Positions 45,125 to 57,239 are shown, numbered from the stretch's first letter. The stretch: 64,000 bases of DNA from Candidatus Omnitrophota bacterium (GCA_035402765.1 DAONDX010000001.1:13090-77089), one strand, 5' to 3'. The notes: a model not told the origin generated them from the letters alone. Program-made: numbers and translations.

Positions 45125-47689
45125 TTAAATAATCGGATCCATGGTTAAAGCCGGATGCCCGGCTGTTTTTAAAAAAACCAGGAGCTCTTCGCAACTGGTT
45201 GCCGCGGATTCATCGGCAATTTTATCCAATAGGTCCGGCTGCCCGATTTCCCGGCATCTAGATCTAAGCTTATCCCCTAAAATTTCTTTTAACTCTTTGG
45301 GCATCCAGACTACTCTGGCTAATCCGCCTTCAGCTGAAATAAATTTCTTACTTAAAATATACAGCTTACCCACTCCCAAAAACCCCGGGGTCTGTACCCC
45401 GCCGCCAACTGAACCGGCTAAAGTAGTAAAACTCATCCCGGAAGGGGTAATTCCGGAATAATCACGGTGCACCAGCATTACGCCGTTAGCTTCAGGAACG
45501 ATCGCCACAATGCATTCGAAACAACCGCAGGAGGATTGCGGACCATCCATCAAAGAATACATACTTACCGTTTCGATCGTCTGATTGGATTTTTGCCGCA
45601 CAAAAGCGTTGACATTATCCCATCGGCCTAATCGTCCGTCTAAAAGATTGCCTTTGGGAATAGGCTGATTCGGCCCGCTGGGAATAATTTCAAAAGAAGC
45701 TTTAGCATCCAGCCAGGAATATGCCCCGCATAACCCCAACCGCTCAGGAGTAACTACGCAAACATGATTGGGAGCAAACGATTGGCATAACAAACAGGAA
45801 TAAAAAGTATCCACACTCTCATCGGTCATGCCGGCCAAACGTTCATCGCGCTGGTTATATGCCTGCTGGGCGCCGAGCGCGATCTTTTCAACATCCTCCC
45901 GGTTTGTATAAAGCTTAATCTGCACTTTATCCACGATAGCGCTATATTCCGAATGCAACATCGCATGTAAAATAATCCCCAGATGTTTAAGCCGAAAACC
46001 TTTCTGATAAGCATCTTTGGAAATTCTGATCCAAACCATATCGCGCTGGCCCATGTGCATCAGGCCCATCGCGTAATTAATAAAACGATGAATTTGCCTT
46101 TCCAATATCGGCTCAAAATCTTTTTGCATTTTACGGCCGAACACATCAACCACGATCGCCAAAGGCAGGTTAGTCGTCCCGGCGGCCAATTGATCAATAT
46201 CCGGACCGATCAATTCCACACTCGCGTCCGTTACATCAGATTCATCAGCAGAACTTAAAAACTCAATCGCTTTTGAAGCCTGGCCTCCGAATTCAACCGC
46301 CAGCTGCTCTTTACGCACACGCTCACCTTCAAAAGCAGCCGCATACGGAACAGGGACCGCCACCTGCGACATTTTAACTTTAATCCCGCGGGTCAAGATG
46401 CATTTAGAAGATAATTTCCGATAATCCTGTTCAGTAACTAAAGCCTCAAATAAAGTAGTGTCCATCTTACCTACTTGCGGCACATCTAAATCAGTAATGA
46501 CCGGCAAACCAAAAGCCATCGCCCCTAAGCCCGTAGCAACTAAAAGCTCATCCACATGACTGAGCAATAAAACAAATGCGGGAACCCGGTTACGAATATA
46601 ATCTGCTATCCCTTCCCACTGCCCAGGCTTATTGCCGCCGTAAATCAATGGAGCGCGTATCGCGAAATTAACCGCGTAAATCGCCGAAAGATAGTCCTGG
46701 CCTAAAGGCACAATATAATTCTCCAGGCCTAATTGAACCCCCTGATTCTGAAGCTGTTGCTTAAAAGTACTGCCGTTAATATTACCGGCCAGAAAACTGA
46801 CAATACTTTTAGACTGAAAATCACGGATTAATTCCACCGCAGATTGTTCGTCTTTAGCCGGGCCCAGAATTACCGCGATTCCGGCGATCCTGCCGTCAAC
46901 TAATTGCAAACCCAACGACCGTAAAATATTATCCGGGATAAAACCCAACCCCTCCACCGGATGTTTCTGGTTCAATACCGCTAAAGCCGCTAAAATTTCC
47001 TCGCAAATTAAAGTTGCCACAGCCCGGTTTAATAAACCTCCGTAGCCCTTAATGGACAGTCCGCTGGGAATAATTTGGTTATTCGCCAAAGCTTCTGCCT
47101 GAGCAAAAGCCGTTGAACAATCCTGTAAACTTTTTACCTCAATATTCAACAAAGCATTGACCAAAGGCAAATAATAGTTAGTTTCCCCAAACCCGATCGC
47201 CGCAGCCTGGCCTTTTTCACTTATCGCGCTGGCTAAAGATTGACGCGTAAGATTTAATACATCCTCTGAACCCTTTGTTCCCAGATCTACCAACAATTGA
47301 GGCAATACCCCGGGGCCGGACTGCTCTGCGGCCGGTAGCGGCATCGCTTCATCCACAAAGATCACTAAACATACCCCGATAGCTTTACCGCCCTTGAATT
47401 TTACCGCTTCTGCGCGCCCTTCACCGACAATTTCCTGTATTAAAGCATCAATGATTTGGATATCCGCAGGCAGCTCTTCAGCAATCTTATCACTGCTTAC
47501 CAGCTTAATCGGAACTTTATATTTTTCATGCAACAGCCTGGCCAGCCTTAAAGCGCCGGGCGTCTGGCCGCCGATGCAAACAGTATCATTGATCAGATAA
47601 GCATCTAATTTCTTTAAATCATCTTCGCAGCTGACTAAAACTACCCCTTTTTTCCTTGCTCCGGGTATTTGCGGTAAATTAACGGCCAT
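45125..47689 (-). CDS. acsB: CO dehydrogenase/acetyl-CoA synthase beta subunit (acetyl-CoA synthase, AcsB/CdhC family) with an N-terminal extension of about 120-150 aa
   Basis: Strong matches to AcsB blocks: DESVDTFYSCLLCQSFAPNHVCVVTPERLGLCGAYSWLDAKAS, SCGCFECIVAIVPEANGVM, GGVQTPGFLGVGKLYILSKKFISAEGG and the C-terminal HPALTMDPI. Confidence 0.85.
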   Translation of the reverse strand: MAVNLPQIPGARKKGVVLVSCEDDLKKLDAYLINDTVCIGGQTPGALRLARLLHEKYKVPIKLVSSDKIAEELPADIQIIDALIQEIVGEGRAEAVKFKGGKAIGVCLVIFVDEAMPLPAAEQSGPGVLPQLLVDLGTKGSEDVLNLTRQSLASAISEKGQAAAIGFGETNYYLPLVNALLNIEVKSLQDCSTAFAQAEALANNQIIPSGLSIKGYGGLLNRAVATLICEEILAALAVLNQKHPVEGLGFIPDNILRSLGLQLVDGRIAGIAVILGPAKDEQSAVELIRDFQSKSIVSFLAGNINGSTFKQQLQNQGVQLGLENYIVPLGQDYLSAIYAVNFAIRAPLIYGGNKPGQWEGIADYIRNRVPAFVLLLSHVDELLVATGLGAMAFGLPVITDLDVPQVGKMDTTLFEALVTEQDYRKLSSKCILTRGIKVKMSQVAVPVPYAAAFEGERVRKEQLAVEFGGQASKAIEFLSSADESDVTDASVELIGPDIDQLAAGTTNLPLAIVVDVFGRKMQKDFEPILERQIHRFINYAMGLMHMGQRDMVWIRISKDAYQKGFRLKHLGIILHAMLHSEYSAIVDKVQIKLYTNREDVEKIALGAQQAYNQRDERLAGMTDESVDTFYSCLLCQSFAPNHVCVVTPERLGLCGAYSWLDAKASFEIIPSGPNQPIPKGNLLDGRLGRWDNVNAFVRQKSNQTIETVSMYSLMDGPQSSCGCFECIVAIVPEANGVMLVHRDYSGITPSGMSFTTLAGSVGGGVQTPGFLGVGKLYILSKKFISAEGGLARVVWMPKELKEILGDKLRSRCREIGQPDLLDKIADESAATSCEELLVFLKTAGHPALTMDPII

Positions 47690-47718
47690 CTTTAATAAAT
47701 CCTCGCTGATATAATTAA

Positions 47719-48591
47719 CTATAACCCGCTTGCCTCTAAAACCCGGGGAACAATCTTATCCCAGCCGATAGACATAATATGGATCCCCCGGCACATAGGT
47801 TTTAATTGTTTGATTAAACGGCTGGCAATTTCGATAGAGCTAATTTCCTTATCTTTACTTTCCTGCATCTGTTGAATTAAATTTTCCGGGACCATTATCC
47901 CGGCAACATGTTTATTCATATAACGGGCCATGTTTGCGGATTTTAATAAAACAATACCTGCGATAATCGGCACCTGAACATGTTTAATTTTAGAAATAAA
48001 ATTTTCAAAAGTTTTTGCATCAAAAACAGCCTGGGTTTGGAAGAATTCGGCTCCGGCGGCAATTTTTTTATCCATTTTCATGATTTGCGGCTCTAGCGGA
48101 TCGCAACCAGGGTTAACCACCGCGCCAACACAGAATTTTGGCGCAGTACCCTCTAAGGCATTATTTTGCATATCAAAACCGGTTTCTAACTTTCTCGCCG
48201 CCTGGATCAACTGCACGGAATCCAAATCAAAAACTGGTTTAGCCTGTGGATGGTCCCCTAAACTCGGATGATCCCCGGTAGCAATCAGGATATTCTGAAT
48301 CCCTAAAGCCGCTGCGGAAAGTAAATCTGACTGCAGGGCCAGGCGGTTACGATCACGGCAGGTCAGCTGATAAATAGGCTCAAACCCATTTTGCTTAAGT
48401 AAGAAACTTACGGTTAAAGATCCCAGGCGCATTACGGAGCTTTGCAAATCCGTAACATTAATCGCATCAGCCTTATTACGCACAAGCTGGGCCGCTGCCA
48501 ATAGTCTATCCACATGGATCCCTTTATCCGGACCGACCTCGGAAGTAATTATAAATTTCCCTGCTTGCAGTTTTTCCTGAAAAGTCATCAC
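47719..48591 (-). CDS. metF: 5,10-methylenetetrahydrofolate reductase
   Basis: 290 aa; MTHFR TIM-barrel family (…AINVTD…, GIQNILIATGD). Confidence 0.85.
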   Translation of the reverse strand: MMTFQEKLQAGKFIITSEVGPDKGIHVDRLLAAAQLVRNKADAINVTDLQSSVMRLGSLTVSFLLKQNGFEPIYQLTCRDRNRLALQSDLLSAAALGIQNILIATGDHPSLGDHPQAKPVFDLDSVQLIQAARKLETGFDMQNNALEGTAPKFCVGAVVNPGCDPLEPQIMKMDKKIAAGAEFFQTQAVFDAKTFENFISKIKHVQVPIIAGIVLLKSANMARYMNKHVAGIMVPENLIQQMQESKDKEISSIEIASRLIKQLKPMCRGIHIMSIGWDKIVPRVLEASGL

Positions 48592-48618
48592 TAGTTTAAT
48601 GAATAGTTTGATTTAGAT

Positions 48619-49470
48619 TTAAGGCTGTTGGGCTTTAGCAGCTGCTTCAACCAGGTTACGCATTAAAATCGCAACTGTCAAAGGACCCACCCCTCCCGGA
48701 ACCGGAGTAATATAGGCGGCGCGTTTTGCAGCTGTTTCAAATTCTACATCCCCGATAATCTTACCATCTAAACAATTTATACCTACATCAATGACTACCG
48801 AGCCCTTTTTTATCCATTCGCCTTTAATCAAGCCCGCCTGACCGACCGCGACAATCAAAATTTCCGCTCTTTCCACATGCTCTTTAAGCTTACCGGCCTG
48901 ACTGGTCGCGATATGACAAACAGTAACGGTGGCAAATTTTTCCAATAAAAGCATGGCCAGCGGCTTACCGATAATTTCGCTATGGCCGACAATCACTACT
49001 TCCTTCCCGTAGAGATCTATACCGGTAGAAAATAATAATTCTAATACAGCATTAGCGGTACAAGCGGCGATCCTGGCTTTGCCAAAAAGAACTTTGCCGA
49101 TATTAGTCGGATGCATTCCTTCAACATCTTTGCCGGGCAGGATAAACTCGCAAATTCTCATATAATTAATATGCGACGGAAGCGGAGACTGTACGATGAT
49201 ACCGTTAATCGCAGGATCCGAGTTAAGCTTAATAATAGAATCGATCAGTTTGTCTTCGGAAATACCCTCCTCCAACTGAAATAGTTTATAAACTATCCCT
49301 AAGTCAGCGGCAATTTTAGCTTGAGATTTCACATAGGCCAGCGCGGCGGCATTTTCACCGACCACAATACTGGCTAAAACCGGAGACTGCCTCAAACCCG
49401 CCACGGCAAGTTTAAGCTGTTCTTTAATTTTATCGGCAACCACTTTACCTTCTAATAATTTTGCCAACAT
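48619..49470 (-). CDS. folD: bifunctional 5,10-methylene-THF dehydrogenase / 5,10-methenyl-THF cyclohydrolase
   Basis: 283 aa with GRSNIVGKP-like VVIVGHSEIIGKPLA and PGGVGPLT. Confidence 0.9.
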   Translation of the reverse strand: MLAKLLEGKVVADKIKEQLKLAVAGLRQSPVLASIVVGENAAALAYVKSQAKIAADLGIVYKLFQLEEGISEDKLIDSIIKLNSDPAINGIIVQSPLPSHINYMRICEFILPGKDVEGMHPTNIGKVLFGKARIAACTANAVLELLFSTGIDLYGKEVVIVGHSEIIGKPLAMLLLEKFATVTVCHIATSQAGKLKEHVERAEILIVAVGQAGLIKGEWIKKGSVVIDVGINCLDGKIIGDVEFETAAKRAAYITPVPGGVGPLTVAILMRNLVEAAAKAQQP

Positions 49471-50008
49471 TTTCCTCCGTGTTTTTGCGGATCTTCAGTA
49501 TAACCTTACGCATGCGCTTTAATTCTTGGCCTGTCTTTTGAGTAAGCTTACGGTCGCCCAAATTTTTTAAATTAATCTCCACATTAAAAACAGCGGCGGT
49601 AAAAGCGGATTCAAAAAAGATCGCCGCTACCGCCACATCGCTGATCAAATTAACATTACCTTTGGCAACCAGCGGCGGACATAATTTAGCTGCCTGGCAG
49701 CAAAGGCGGGCAAGTTCCAAGGGCACCTTTAATGCGCTTCTGATATTTTTGCTCTGATAGGCCGCAACATCTAAATCCACTAACCTTAAAAATTGCCGGG
49801 TTAATTTTTTAGATTTTGCTAAGATCGGTTTTAACTCCTGCTCAAAAAGCGCATAGCGGGGTTTGCCTAAAGTAAAATTGACGACCATGCTCAAAAGGCC
49901 GGAACCCATGGCCGCATTGAAGGCCGCGGCCGAACCGCCTCCCGGGGCAGGGATCCTGGCAGAAAGATCATTTAAATATTTGTTTAAGCTTTGAGTTTTA
50001 TATTTCAT
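49445..50008 (-). CDS. fchA: methenyltetrahydrofolate cyclohydrolase / formiminotransferase-cyclodeaminase-type (FTCD_C) protein
   Basis: FTCD_C signature PAPGGGSAAAFNAAMGSGLLSMV. 187 aa. Confidence 0.7.
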   Translation of the reverse strand: MKYKTQSLNKYLNDLSARIPAPGGGSAAAFNAAMGSGLLSMVVNFTLGKPRYALFEQELKPILAKSKKLTRQFLRLVDLDVAAYQSKNIRSALKVPLELARLCCQAAKLCPPLVAKGNVNLISDVAVAAIFFESAFTAAVFNVEINLKNLGDRKLTQKTGQELKRMRKVILKIRKNTEENVGKIIRR

Positions 50009-50013
50009 GGTTT

Positions 50014-50394
50014 TTAAATTGTAAAGTTAGCGGTCAATTCAAAAGCATTGGTGATCAGGGATATCTGCGGCCGGTGATCGAGATATAAGATCCCCACCAC
50101 ATCAAAACGGGCTGCATGTTCCAAAAGATTATTCGATTTTAAATAATCAACCGCAACTTTCGAAATCTGGTTTTGTTTCCGGGCGGTAACTGCTTCCTGA
50201 GGCAGCCCCGACTCAACAGTATTTCTGGCTTTAACCTCTAGAAAACAAACTACGCCCTTATGTTTAGCGATAATATCGATCTCGCCGAATTTATTTCTAT
50301 AATTACGCTCCAGGATTTTATAGCCTTTGGTTTTTAAAAACTTGACCGCGGTATTTTCCGCAAGCCGGCCGAATTCTAAGCTTCCTGTACACAC
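50014..50394 (-). CDS. yraN: YraN-family endonuclease (UPF0102)
   Basis: 126 aa with GEIDIIAKHKGVVCFLEVKAR. Confidence 0.8.
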   Translation of the reverse strand: MCTGSLEFGRLAENTAVKFLKTKGYKILERNYRNKFGEIDIIAKHKGVVCFLEVKARNTVESGLPQEAVTARKQNQISKVAVDYLKSNNLLEHAARFDVVGILYLDHRPQISLITNAFELTANFTI

Positions 50395-50990
50395 CTTAAA
50401 AAACTCTTTCTATGGATAGCAATCGGCCCTCTGGCTTTTAAAATAGCCCGGTGCAATTGCGTAGGATAACCTTTATGCCTGATAAATTCGTATTGCGGAT
50501 AAATTTTATGAAAGGATGCCATGATCTGGTCCCGGCGCTCTTTTGCTAAAATACTGGCGGCAGCGATACTTAAAGATTTACCGTCCCCGCCTACGATACT
50601 TAAGTAAGGCAAATCTAATTTCAGATGCATATTACCATCCACCAAAACAAAAGTCCGTTTTAATTGCCCGGGGCTTAGTTGGGCAACTAAACCTCTCACC
50701 GCCTTTTGCATGGCTAAAATTGTCGCTTGTAAGATATTAACCTGGTCAATCTTAAGATGATTAACCGCGGCAATGCTATACAAAGACTTGCTCTGAATTT
50801 CAAAAAACGCGTCTTTTCTTTTTTGAGCAGATAATTTTTTAGAATCATCCACCCGGTGCTGGAACTTAAAATCTTTTAGCCACACCGCCGCCGCCACTAC
50901 CGGTCCGGCCAAAGGCCCGCGCCCTGCTTCATCCACGCCGATAATTAAATCGTAGCCCTTAAGTTTGAATTTCTTTTCGTAAGACAGCAC
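50376..50990 (-). CDS. rnhB: ribonuclease HII
   Basis: GVDEAGRGPLAGPVV active-site motif. 204 aa. Confidence 0.9.
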   Translation of the reverse strand: MLSYEKKFKLKGYDLIIGVDEAGRGPLAGPVVAAAVWLKDFKFQHRVDDSKKLSAQKRKDAFFEIQSKSLYSIAAVNHLKIDQVNILQATILAMQKAVRGLVAQLSPGQLKRTFVLVDGNMHLKLDLPYLSIVGGDGKSLSIAAASILAKERRDQIMASFHKIYPQYEFIRHKGYPTQLHRAILKARGPIAIHRKSFLRCVQEA

Positions 50991-50995
50991 TAACT

Positions 50996-51349
50996 TTAAA
51001 CTTTTTCTTCCCGGTTATCTATCTTAGTAGCGTGTTTACCAATCTTTCCTCTTAAATAATAAAGCTTGGCCCGCTTAACCTTACCCTGACGGATAATCTC
51101 GATCCGCTCAATCACAGGTGAATAAAGCGGGAAAACGCGCTCCACTCCCTCGCCGGAAGATACTTTTCTTACGGTAAAATTTGTTTTAGTACCCGAACCG
51201 CTTTTAGCGATGACCACCCCTTCAAAAGGATGCAGACGGAATTTATCCGGTCCTTCGGGAATTTTAGTAAGTACTTTCACGGTATCTCCGACATTAATTG
51301 CCGGCATCTCTTTCTTAGTGAACTCTGCTTCAATTGACTTTATATCCAT
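50996..51349 (-). CDS. rplS: 50S ribosomal protein L19
   Basis: I placed the start at the ATG at 51349 ([10 protein letters not shown]) with SD AAAGGAGG 8 nt upstream. The track start at 51391 would read through that SD and the structured element. Confidence 0.9.
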   Translation of the reverse strand: MDIKSIEAEFTKKEMPAINVGDTVKVLTKIPEGPDKFRLHPFEGVVIAKSGSGTKTNFTVRKVSSGEGVERVFPLYSPVIERIEIIRQGKVKRAKLYYLRGKIGKHATKIDNREEKV

Positions 51350-51501
51350 TCTTGTTGCCTCCTTTAAATGAACGGATGACTTACTAAACATCAGCGACGT
51401 AAGTCATCGCTCCGGCTTACCGAAGCGTCCGCGAATTTATTCCGCCGAATATTTCAAAATTCTAAAGAATTTTTAAAATAGTTTCTGAGGCGGAACGTTC
51501 C
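51350..51501 (-). ncRNA. candidate structured cis-RNA element, copy 2 (fills the trmD-rplS spacer)
   Basis: It shares with copy 1 the blocks GCTCCG...CGAAGCGTCCGCGAATTTAT and AAAATTCTAAAGAATTTT. At the position of the copy-1 hairpin it has a different perfect 10-bp stem, GATGACTTAC/GTAAGTCATC, which is a compensatory change. Confidence 0.45.
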
Positions 51502-53291
<1,790 letters not shown>

Positions 53292-53308
53292 TTATATTTA
53301 AGTTTTAA

Positions 53309-53343
53309 GCTTACAGCTTACAGCTTACGGCTTATAACTTACA
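53309..53343. repeat. tandem heptamer repeat (GCTTACA)x5, degenerate, in the tgt-queA spacer
   Basis: GCTTACA GCTTACA GCTTACG GCTTATA ACTTACA. Confidence 0.4.
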
Positions 53344-53347
53344 ACTA

Positions 53348-54340
53348 TTAAACAATCAGCATTGCATCGCCATAACTGTAAAACCGGTATTTATTATCCA
53401 CTGCTTCCCGGTAGGCTTTAATCATTAAATCTTTGCCCCCGAAAGCACAGACGAGCATAAAAAGCGTGGTCATCGGTAAATGAAAATTAGTCAGCAGGCA
53501 ATCGGCTACAGAAAATTTATACCCCGGGTAAATGAATAGATCGGTGCTACCTTCTTTACGGCCGGAGGCATAAGTTTCCAGAGCCCTCAGGCTGGTCGTC
53601 CCCACTGCAATCACCCGGCCCAGATCTGATTTTACCTTATTTAAGGCAGCAATTGCCGCCTCCGGTATTAAAAATTGCTCAGGTTCCATTTTATGTTCAA
53701 TAATATTTTCGCATTTTACCGGACGGAATGTACCTAACCCCACATGCAAAGTTACATAAGCTAAATTAACCCCCGCCGAATTAATTTGTTTAAGCGACTC
53801 CGCTGTAAAATGCAAACCGGCAGTAGGAGAAGCCAGGGCTCCTGCGTTTTTAGCATAAACCGTCTGATAATAAACCGTATCCAGGTCTTCGGGTTCCCGT
53901 TTGATATACGGAGGCAAAGGCACCACACCAAAATCATAAATCATATCCGCATCCGGCTGCTTAAAACTGATCTGCCCCCGGCTGCTTAAAAAACCGGTAA
54001 TTTTACCCGAAGCAAAAATGATCTTTTCCCCGACTTTTGTGCGACTGGGTTGAACCAAACAGGAAAAAGTTGTCCCGTTAAGCCGGCGGGTGAGCAAGAT
54101 TTCAACCCGGCCCCCGGTTATCTTTTTCCCCATTAAACGGCAATGTAATACCCTGGTATCATTAAGCACCAGTAAATCATTTTTTCTAAAAAATCCGTTA
54201 ATATTTTTAAATACCCCGTGGGTGATCGAGCCGGCCTGGCGGTCTACGATCATTAATCTGGCCTCTTCTCTTTTCTCCAAAGGATACTGCGCGATCAATT
54301 CTTTAGGCAGCGGATAATCAAATTCAGCGAGTTTTAACAT
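53348..54340 (-). CDS. queA: S-adenosylmethionine:tRNA ribosyltransferase-isomerase
   Basis: 330 aa with N-terminal LAEFDYPLPKELIAQYP and a C-terminal GD motif. Confidence 0.9.
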   Translation of the reverse strand: MLKLAEFDYPLPKELIAQYPLEKREEARLMIVDRQAGSITHGVFKNINGFFRKNDLLVLNDTRVLHCRLMGKKITGGRVEILLTRRLNGTTFSCLVQPSRTKVGEKIIFASGKITGFLSSRGQISFKQPDADMIYDFGVVPLPPYIKREPEDLDTVYYQTVYAKNAGALASPTAGLHFTAESLKQINSAGVNLAYVTLHVGLGTFRPVKCENIIEHKMEPEQFLIPEAAIAALNKVKSDLGRVIAVGTTSLRALETYASGRKEGSTDLFIYPGYKFSVADCLLTNFHLPMTTLFMLVCAFGGKDLMIKAYREAVDNKYRFYSYGDAMLIV

Positions 54341-54398
54341 AAAAGTAAATAATTATAAACTTAAAAGTTTTAGGATAATCAACGTGATTTTAAAAGAT

Positions 54399-55583
54399 TT
54401 AATTCAGGTAGCCAATAATTTGATCGGTTAAATCGTCGATAGAATAGAGGACTATACCGTCGGGAGCCAAACCGTTAATTAAACAAAACTGGTTAAAGAA
54501 CAGATCCGGGTTCTCTTTCATCAAAAACGCTCCGATACCTACATAAATTTTCCCTTTACCGCCGCGATGGCCCAGGCTGCTTTTTACCGTTTCTTTAATA
54601 AACTGGTTATCTTTGGTATAAGACATCAATACCACATAATCAATAATCCCCTCTTCCAACCAAGCCGACCAATCTTGGAATGCGTTGCTATATGCGCGTT
54701 CAACAACCGGGATCACCGCGCAGGAGACCAGCAGAGCCGGAGATTTAACTTTGATCAAACTTGAAATTTTACGCGTTAATTCCGTGACCTGCTGGCGTTT
54801 CCAATTATCCCAAGTCAGATATTCATCTTCGTTATTTAACGTATCTAAAACATTGATCCCGGTTTTTTCGCGAAAGCGTTCGACATTAGCAGGCCCATAG
54901 CCATAAGTCAAACCGAATTTATTAAAACGGGAACCCGGGACAAACGGAACCGGCGAGGGATAACGCAGGTAATCTAAATGGATGCCGCTGAATAACGGAT
55001 AACGATTAATAATTTCATTAATAATCGTCAGCATATATGATTCGACCTTAGGGTCACCCGGCTCTAAAAATATCAGGTCCTCTCTCAAATAATATTTATC
55101 CAGCTCCGTGCTTGAGGAAATCTTCGCCGGACGCTGATACTGATCCAAAGTCAGGATGGAATTACCATACTTATTTAAAATATCCGCTTTTTCATTTTTT
55201 CCCAGCCCTAAGACGTTTACCCAGGCAAAAACTTTGATATTATTCTGCGCCGCCTCACGCAGCAGTAAATCCAGGGGGTCTATACCGGCAGAGGCAACCA
55301 TCTGGTTATATTTAGTCCGGTCACAGATCTTAGAATCAAAATAAGCGTTACCGGATTGAAAAATCTGAAGATAAATCTCATTGATCTTGGCTTTATTGCA
55401 TTGGGTAATTAAATTATGCACACCCTGTTGTGAATAAAGAATTTTTTTACTGGAAAATACCGATACCCAAATACCCCGGGCGGTAACCTCCTGGCTTGCG
55501 GGATCTTGGTTATTTTCGGCGGCCGCCGGTCCCAGATTAAAGAAATAACAAAATATAAATATAATTAATATTTTAGCTTTCAT
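54399..55583 (-). CDS. secreted glycoside-hydrolase-like family 10 (GHL10/DUF187) protein
   Basis: A signal peptide followed by a TIM-barrel-like domain with KVFAWVNV and GIHLDYLRYP, typical of GHL10 lipoproteins. Confidence 0.6.
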   Translation of the reverse strand: MKAKILIIFIFCYFFNLGPAAAENNQDPASQEVTARGIWVSVFSSKKILYSQQGVHNLITQCNKAKINEIYLQIFQSGNAYFDSKICDRTKYNQMVASAGIDPLDLLLREAAQNNIKVFAWVNVLGLGKNEKADILNKYGNSILTLDQYQRPAKISSSTELDKYYLREDLIFLEPGDPKVESYMLTIINEIINRYPLFSGIHLDYLRYPSPVPFVPGSRFNKFGLTYGYGPANVERFREKTGINVLDTLNNEDEYLTWDNWKRQQVTELTRKISSLIKVKSPALLVSCAVIPVVERAYSNAFQDWSAWLEEGIIDYVVLMSYTKDNQFIKETVKSSLGHRGGKGKIYVGIGAFLMKENPDLFFNQFCLINGLAPDGIVLYSIDDLTDQIIGYLN

Positions 55584-55624
55584 TTTATCCCAAAACCCCT
55601 AACCGCCTCCATGCGGCCAGCTAA

Positions 55625-56173
55625 CTAAACCTTAACTTCGCCTTTTAGCTCTCTCCTGGAATCCAGGGAGTATTTACAACCACAATATTTCTGGCGATAA
55701 ATACCTTTTTGTTTAGCTTCCAGCTGCGCCCGGCGGAAACCAGGCCGGAAATCTTCATAATAAAAATCGATACCTGCCTCTTGCCCTATGGCCTGACCCA
55801 ATTGTTTAAGCAATTCATGGTTTTGATATGGGCTGACTAATAAAGTGGTACTGAATGCGGCAAAGCCGCCTGCCTTGGCCTGCTGAGCGGTTTTGCGTAA
55901 CCGCAGCGACCAGCATAGACAACAGCGCTCTGGATAATCTTTCTGCGCACTAACCGCCTGAAAAAAATCAGCGTCACGAAACTCCGGGTATTCTACCTCC
56001 AGGGCAAATTCTTTAGCCAGGATTTTTAAGCCCTCCACACGGCGCAGGTATTCTGCGGCCGGGTAGAGATTGGGATTATAATAAAACCCCCGAATTCCAA
56101 ACCCCCGCTCTTTTAATCTGCTAAAAGGATAGATCAAACAAGGCCCGCAGCAGATATGCAGTAAAATATCCAT
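55625..56173 (-). CDS. queH: epoxyqueuosine reductase QueH (DUF208)
   Basis: N-terminal HICCGPC and conserved cysteines. 182 aa. Confidence 0.8.
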   Translation of the reverse strand: MDILLHICCGPCLIYPFSRLKERGFGIRGFYYNPNLYPAAEYLRRVEGLKILAKEFALEVEYPEFRDADFFQAVSAQKDYPERCCLCWSLRLRKTAQQAKAGGFAAFSTTLLVSPYQNHELLKQLGQAIGQEAGIDFYYEDFRPGFRRAQLEAKQKGIYRQKYCGCKYSLDSRRELKGEVKV

Positions 56174-56186
56174 CGCCTTAAAACAA

Positions 56187-57239
56187 CTAGAAAATTTCTT
56201 GCTGTTGCTCTTGATTAAATTTTAAACCAAAATGCTCAAAAGCCTTACGGGTGGCAATCCTGCCCCGCGAAGTACGTTTTAAATATCCGGCCATTAAAAG
56301 ATACGGTTCGACCGCATCTTCAATCGTATCCACCTCTTCATTAAGGCTGGCGGCTAAAGATTCAATCCCCACCGGGCCGCCGCCGAAAGACTCCAGGATC
56401 AATTTTAAGACCTTACGGTCCAAGTCATCAAAACCTGCCCGGTCAATACCCAGCTCGTTAAGGATCTTAGCCGCAGACTTCTGGTCAACGTTATCGATTT
56501 TTAAAACCTGAGCGTAATCCCGCACTCGGCGCAAAAGACGATTAGCGATCCGGGGAGTCCCCCGGGAGCGGGCAGCAATCTCTAAAGTTGCCGCGTCGTC
56601 AATTTTTACCGATAGCAACTGGCTGGAATTTTTGATAATTTTAGCCAGGTCTTCCACATTATAAAAATCCAAACTATAGAATATGCCGAATCTGCCACGC
56701 AGCGGGGCAGCCAAAAGACCCGTACGGGTAGTCGCTCCGATCAAAGTAAATGGCTTAAGATTAAATTTAATGGTTTTAGCGTATGGCCCTTTATCAATGA
56801 CAAAATCGATCTGAAAACTTTCCATAGCCGGATACAGGAATTCTTCGACCACTTTAGACATCCGGTGAATTTCATCGATAAAAAGAATATCCCCTTTTTC
56901 CAGGTTGGTCAGGATCCCGATCAAATCCCCGGCCCGTTCAATTGCCGGCCCGCTGGTCGCGGTAATTTTAGCCCCCATTTCATGAGCGATAATATGCGAC
57001 AGGGAAGTTTTGCCCAAACCCGGAGGCCCGCTTAAAAGCACATGCTCTAAAGGATCTTTCCTCTGCCGGGCGGCCTGGATAGCAATCTTTAAATTATCCA
57101 CAATATCTTTATGGCCGACAAACTCGCTAAACTTCTTCGGCCTTAAGGAGATATTTAAAACTACATCCTCTTCGGATTCTTTAAGGTTGCTGACAACGGA
57201 ATCAGGTTTCAGTAGTGCGTGTCTGGTCTCTTCGCTCAT
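56187..57239 (-). CDS. ruvB: Holliday junction branch-migration helicase RuvB
   Basis: AAA+ Walker [10 protein letters not shown], Walker B LFIDEIH and a winged-helix C-terminus. Confidence 0.95.
   Translation of the reverse strand: MSEETRHALLKPDSVVSNLKESEEDVVLNISLRPKKFSEFVGHKDIVDNLKIAIQAARQRKDPLEHVLLSGPPGLGKTSLSHIIAHEMGAKITATSGPAIERAGDLIGILTNLEKGDILFIDEIHRMSKVVEEFLYPAMESFQIDFVIDKGPYAKTIKFNLKPFTLIGATTRTGLLAAPLRGRFGIFYSLDFYNVEDLAKIIKNSSQLLSVKIDDAATLEIAARSRGTPRIANRLLRRVRDYAQVLKIDNVDQKSAAKILNELGIDRAGFDDLDRKVLKLILESFGGGPVGIESLAASLNEEVDTIEDAVEPYLLMAGYLKRTSRGRIATRKAFEHFGLKFNQEQQQEIF

Noticed and set aside
51350-51391. The track's 14-aa N-terminal extension of rplS
   Set aside because: It reads through the AAAGGAGG SD and the structured element. 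The ATG at 51349 gives a canonical L19 N-terminus.
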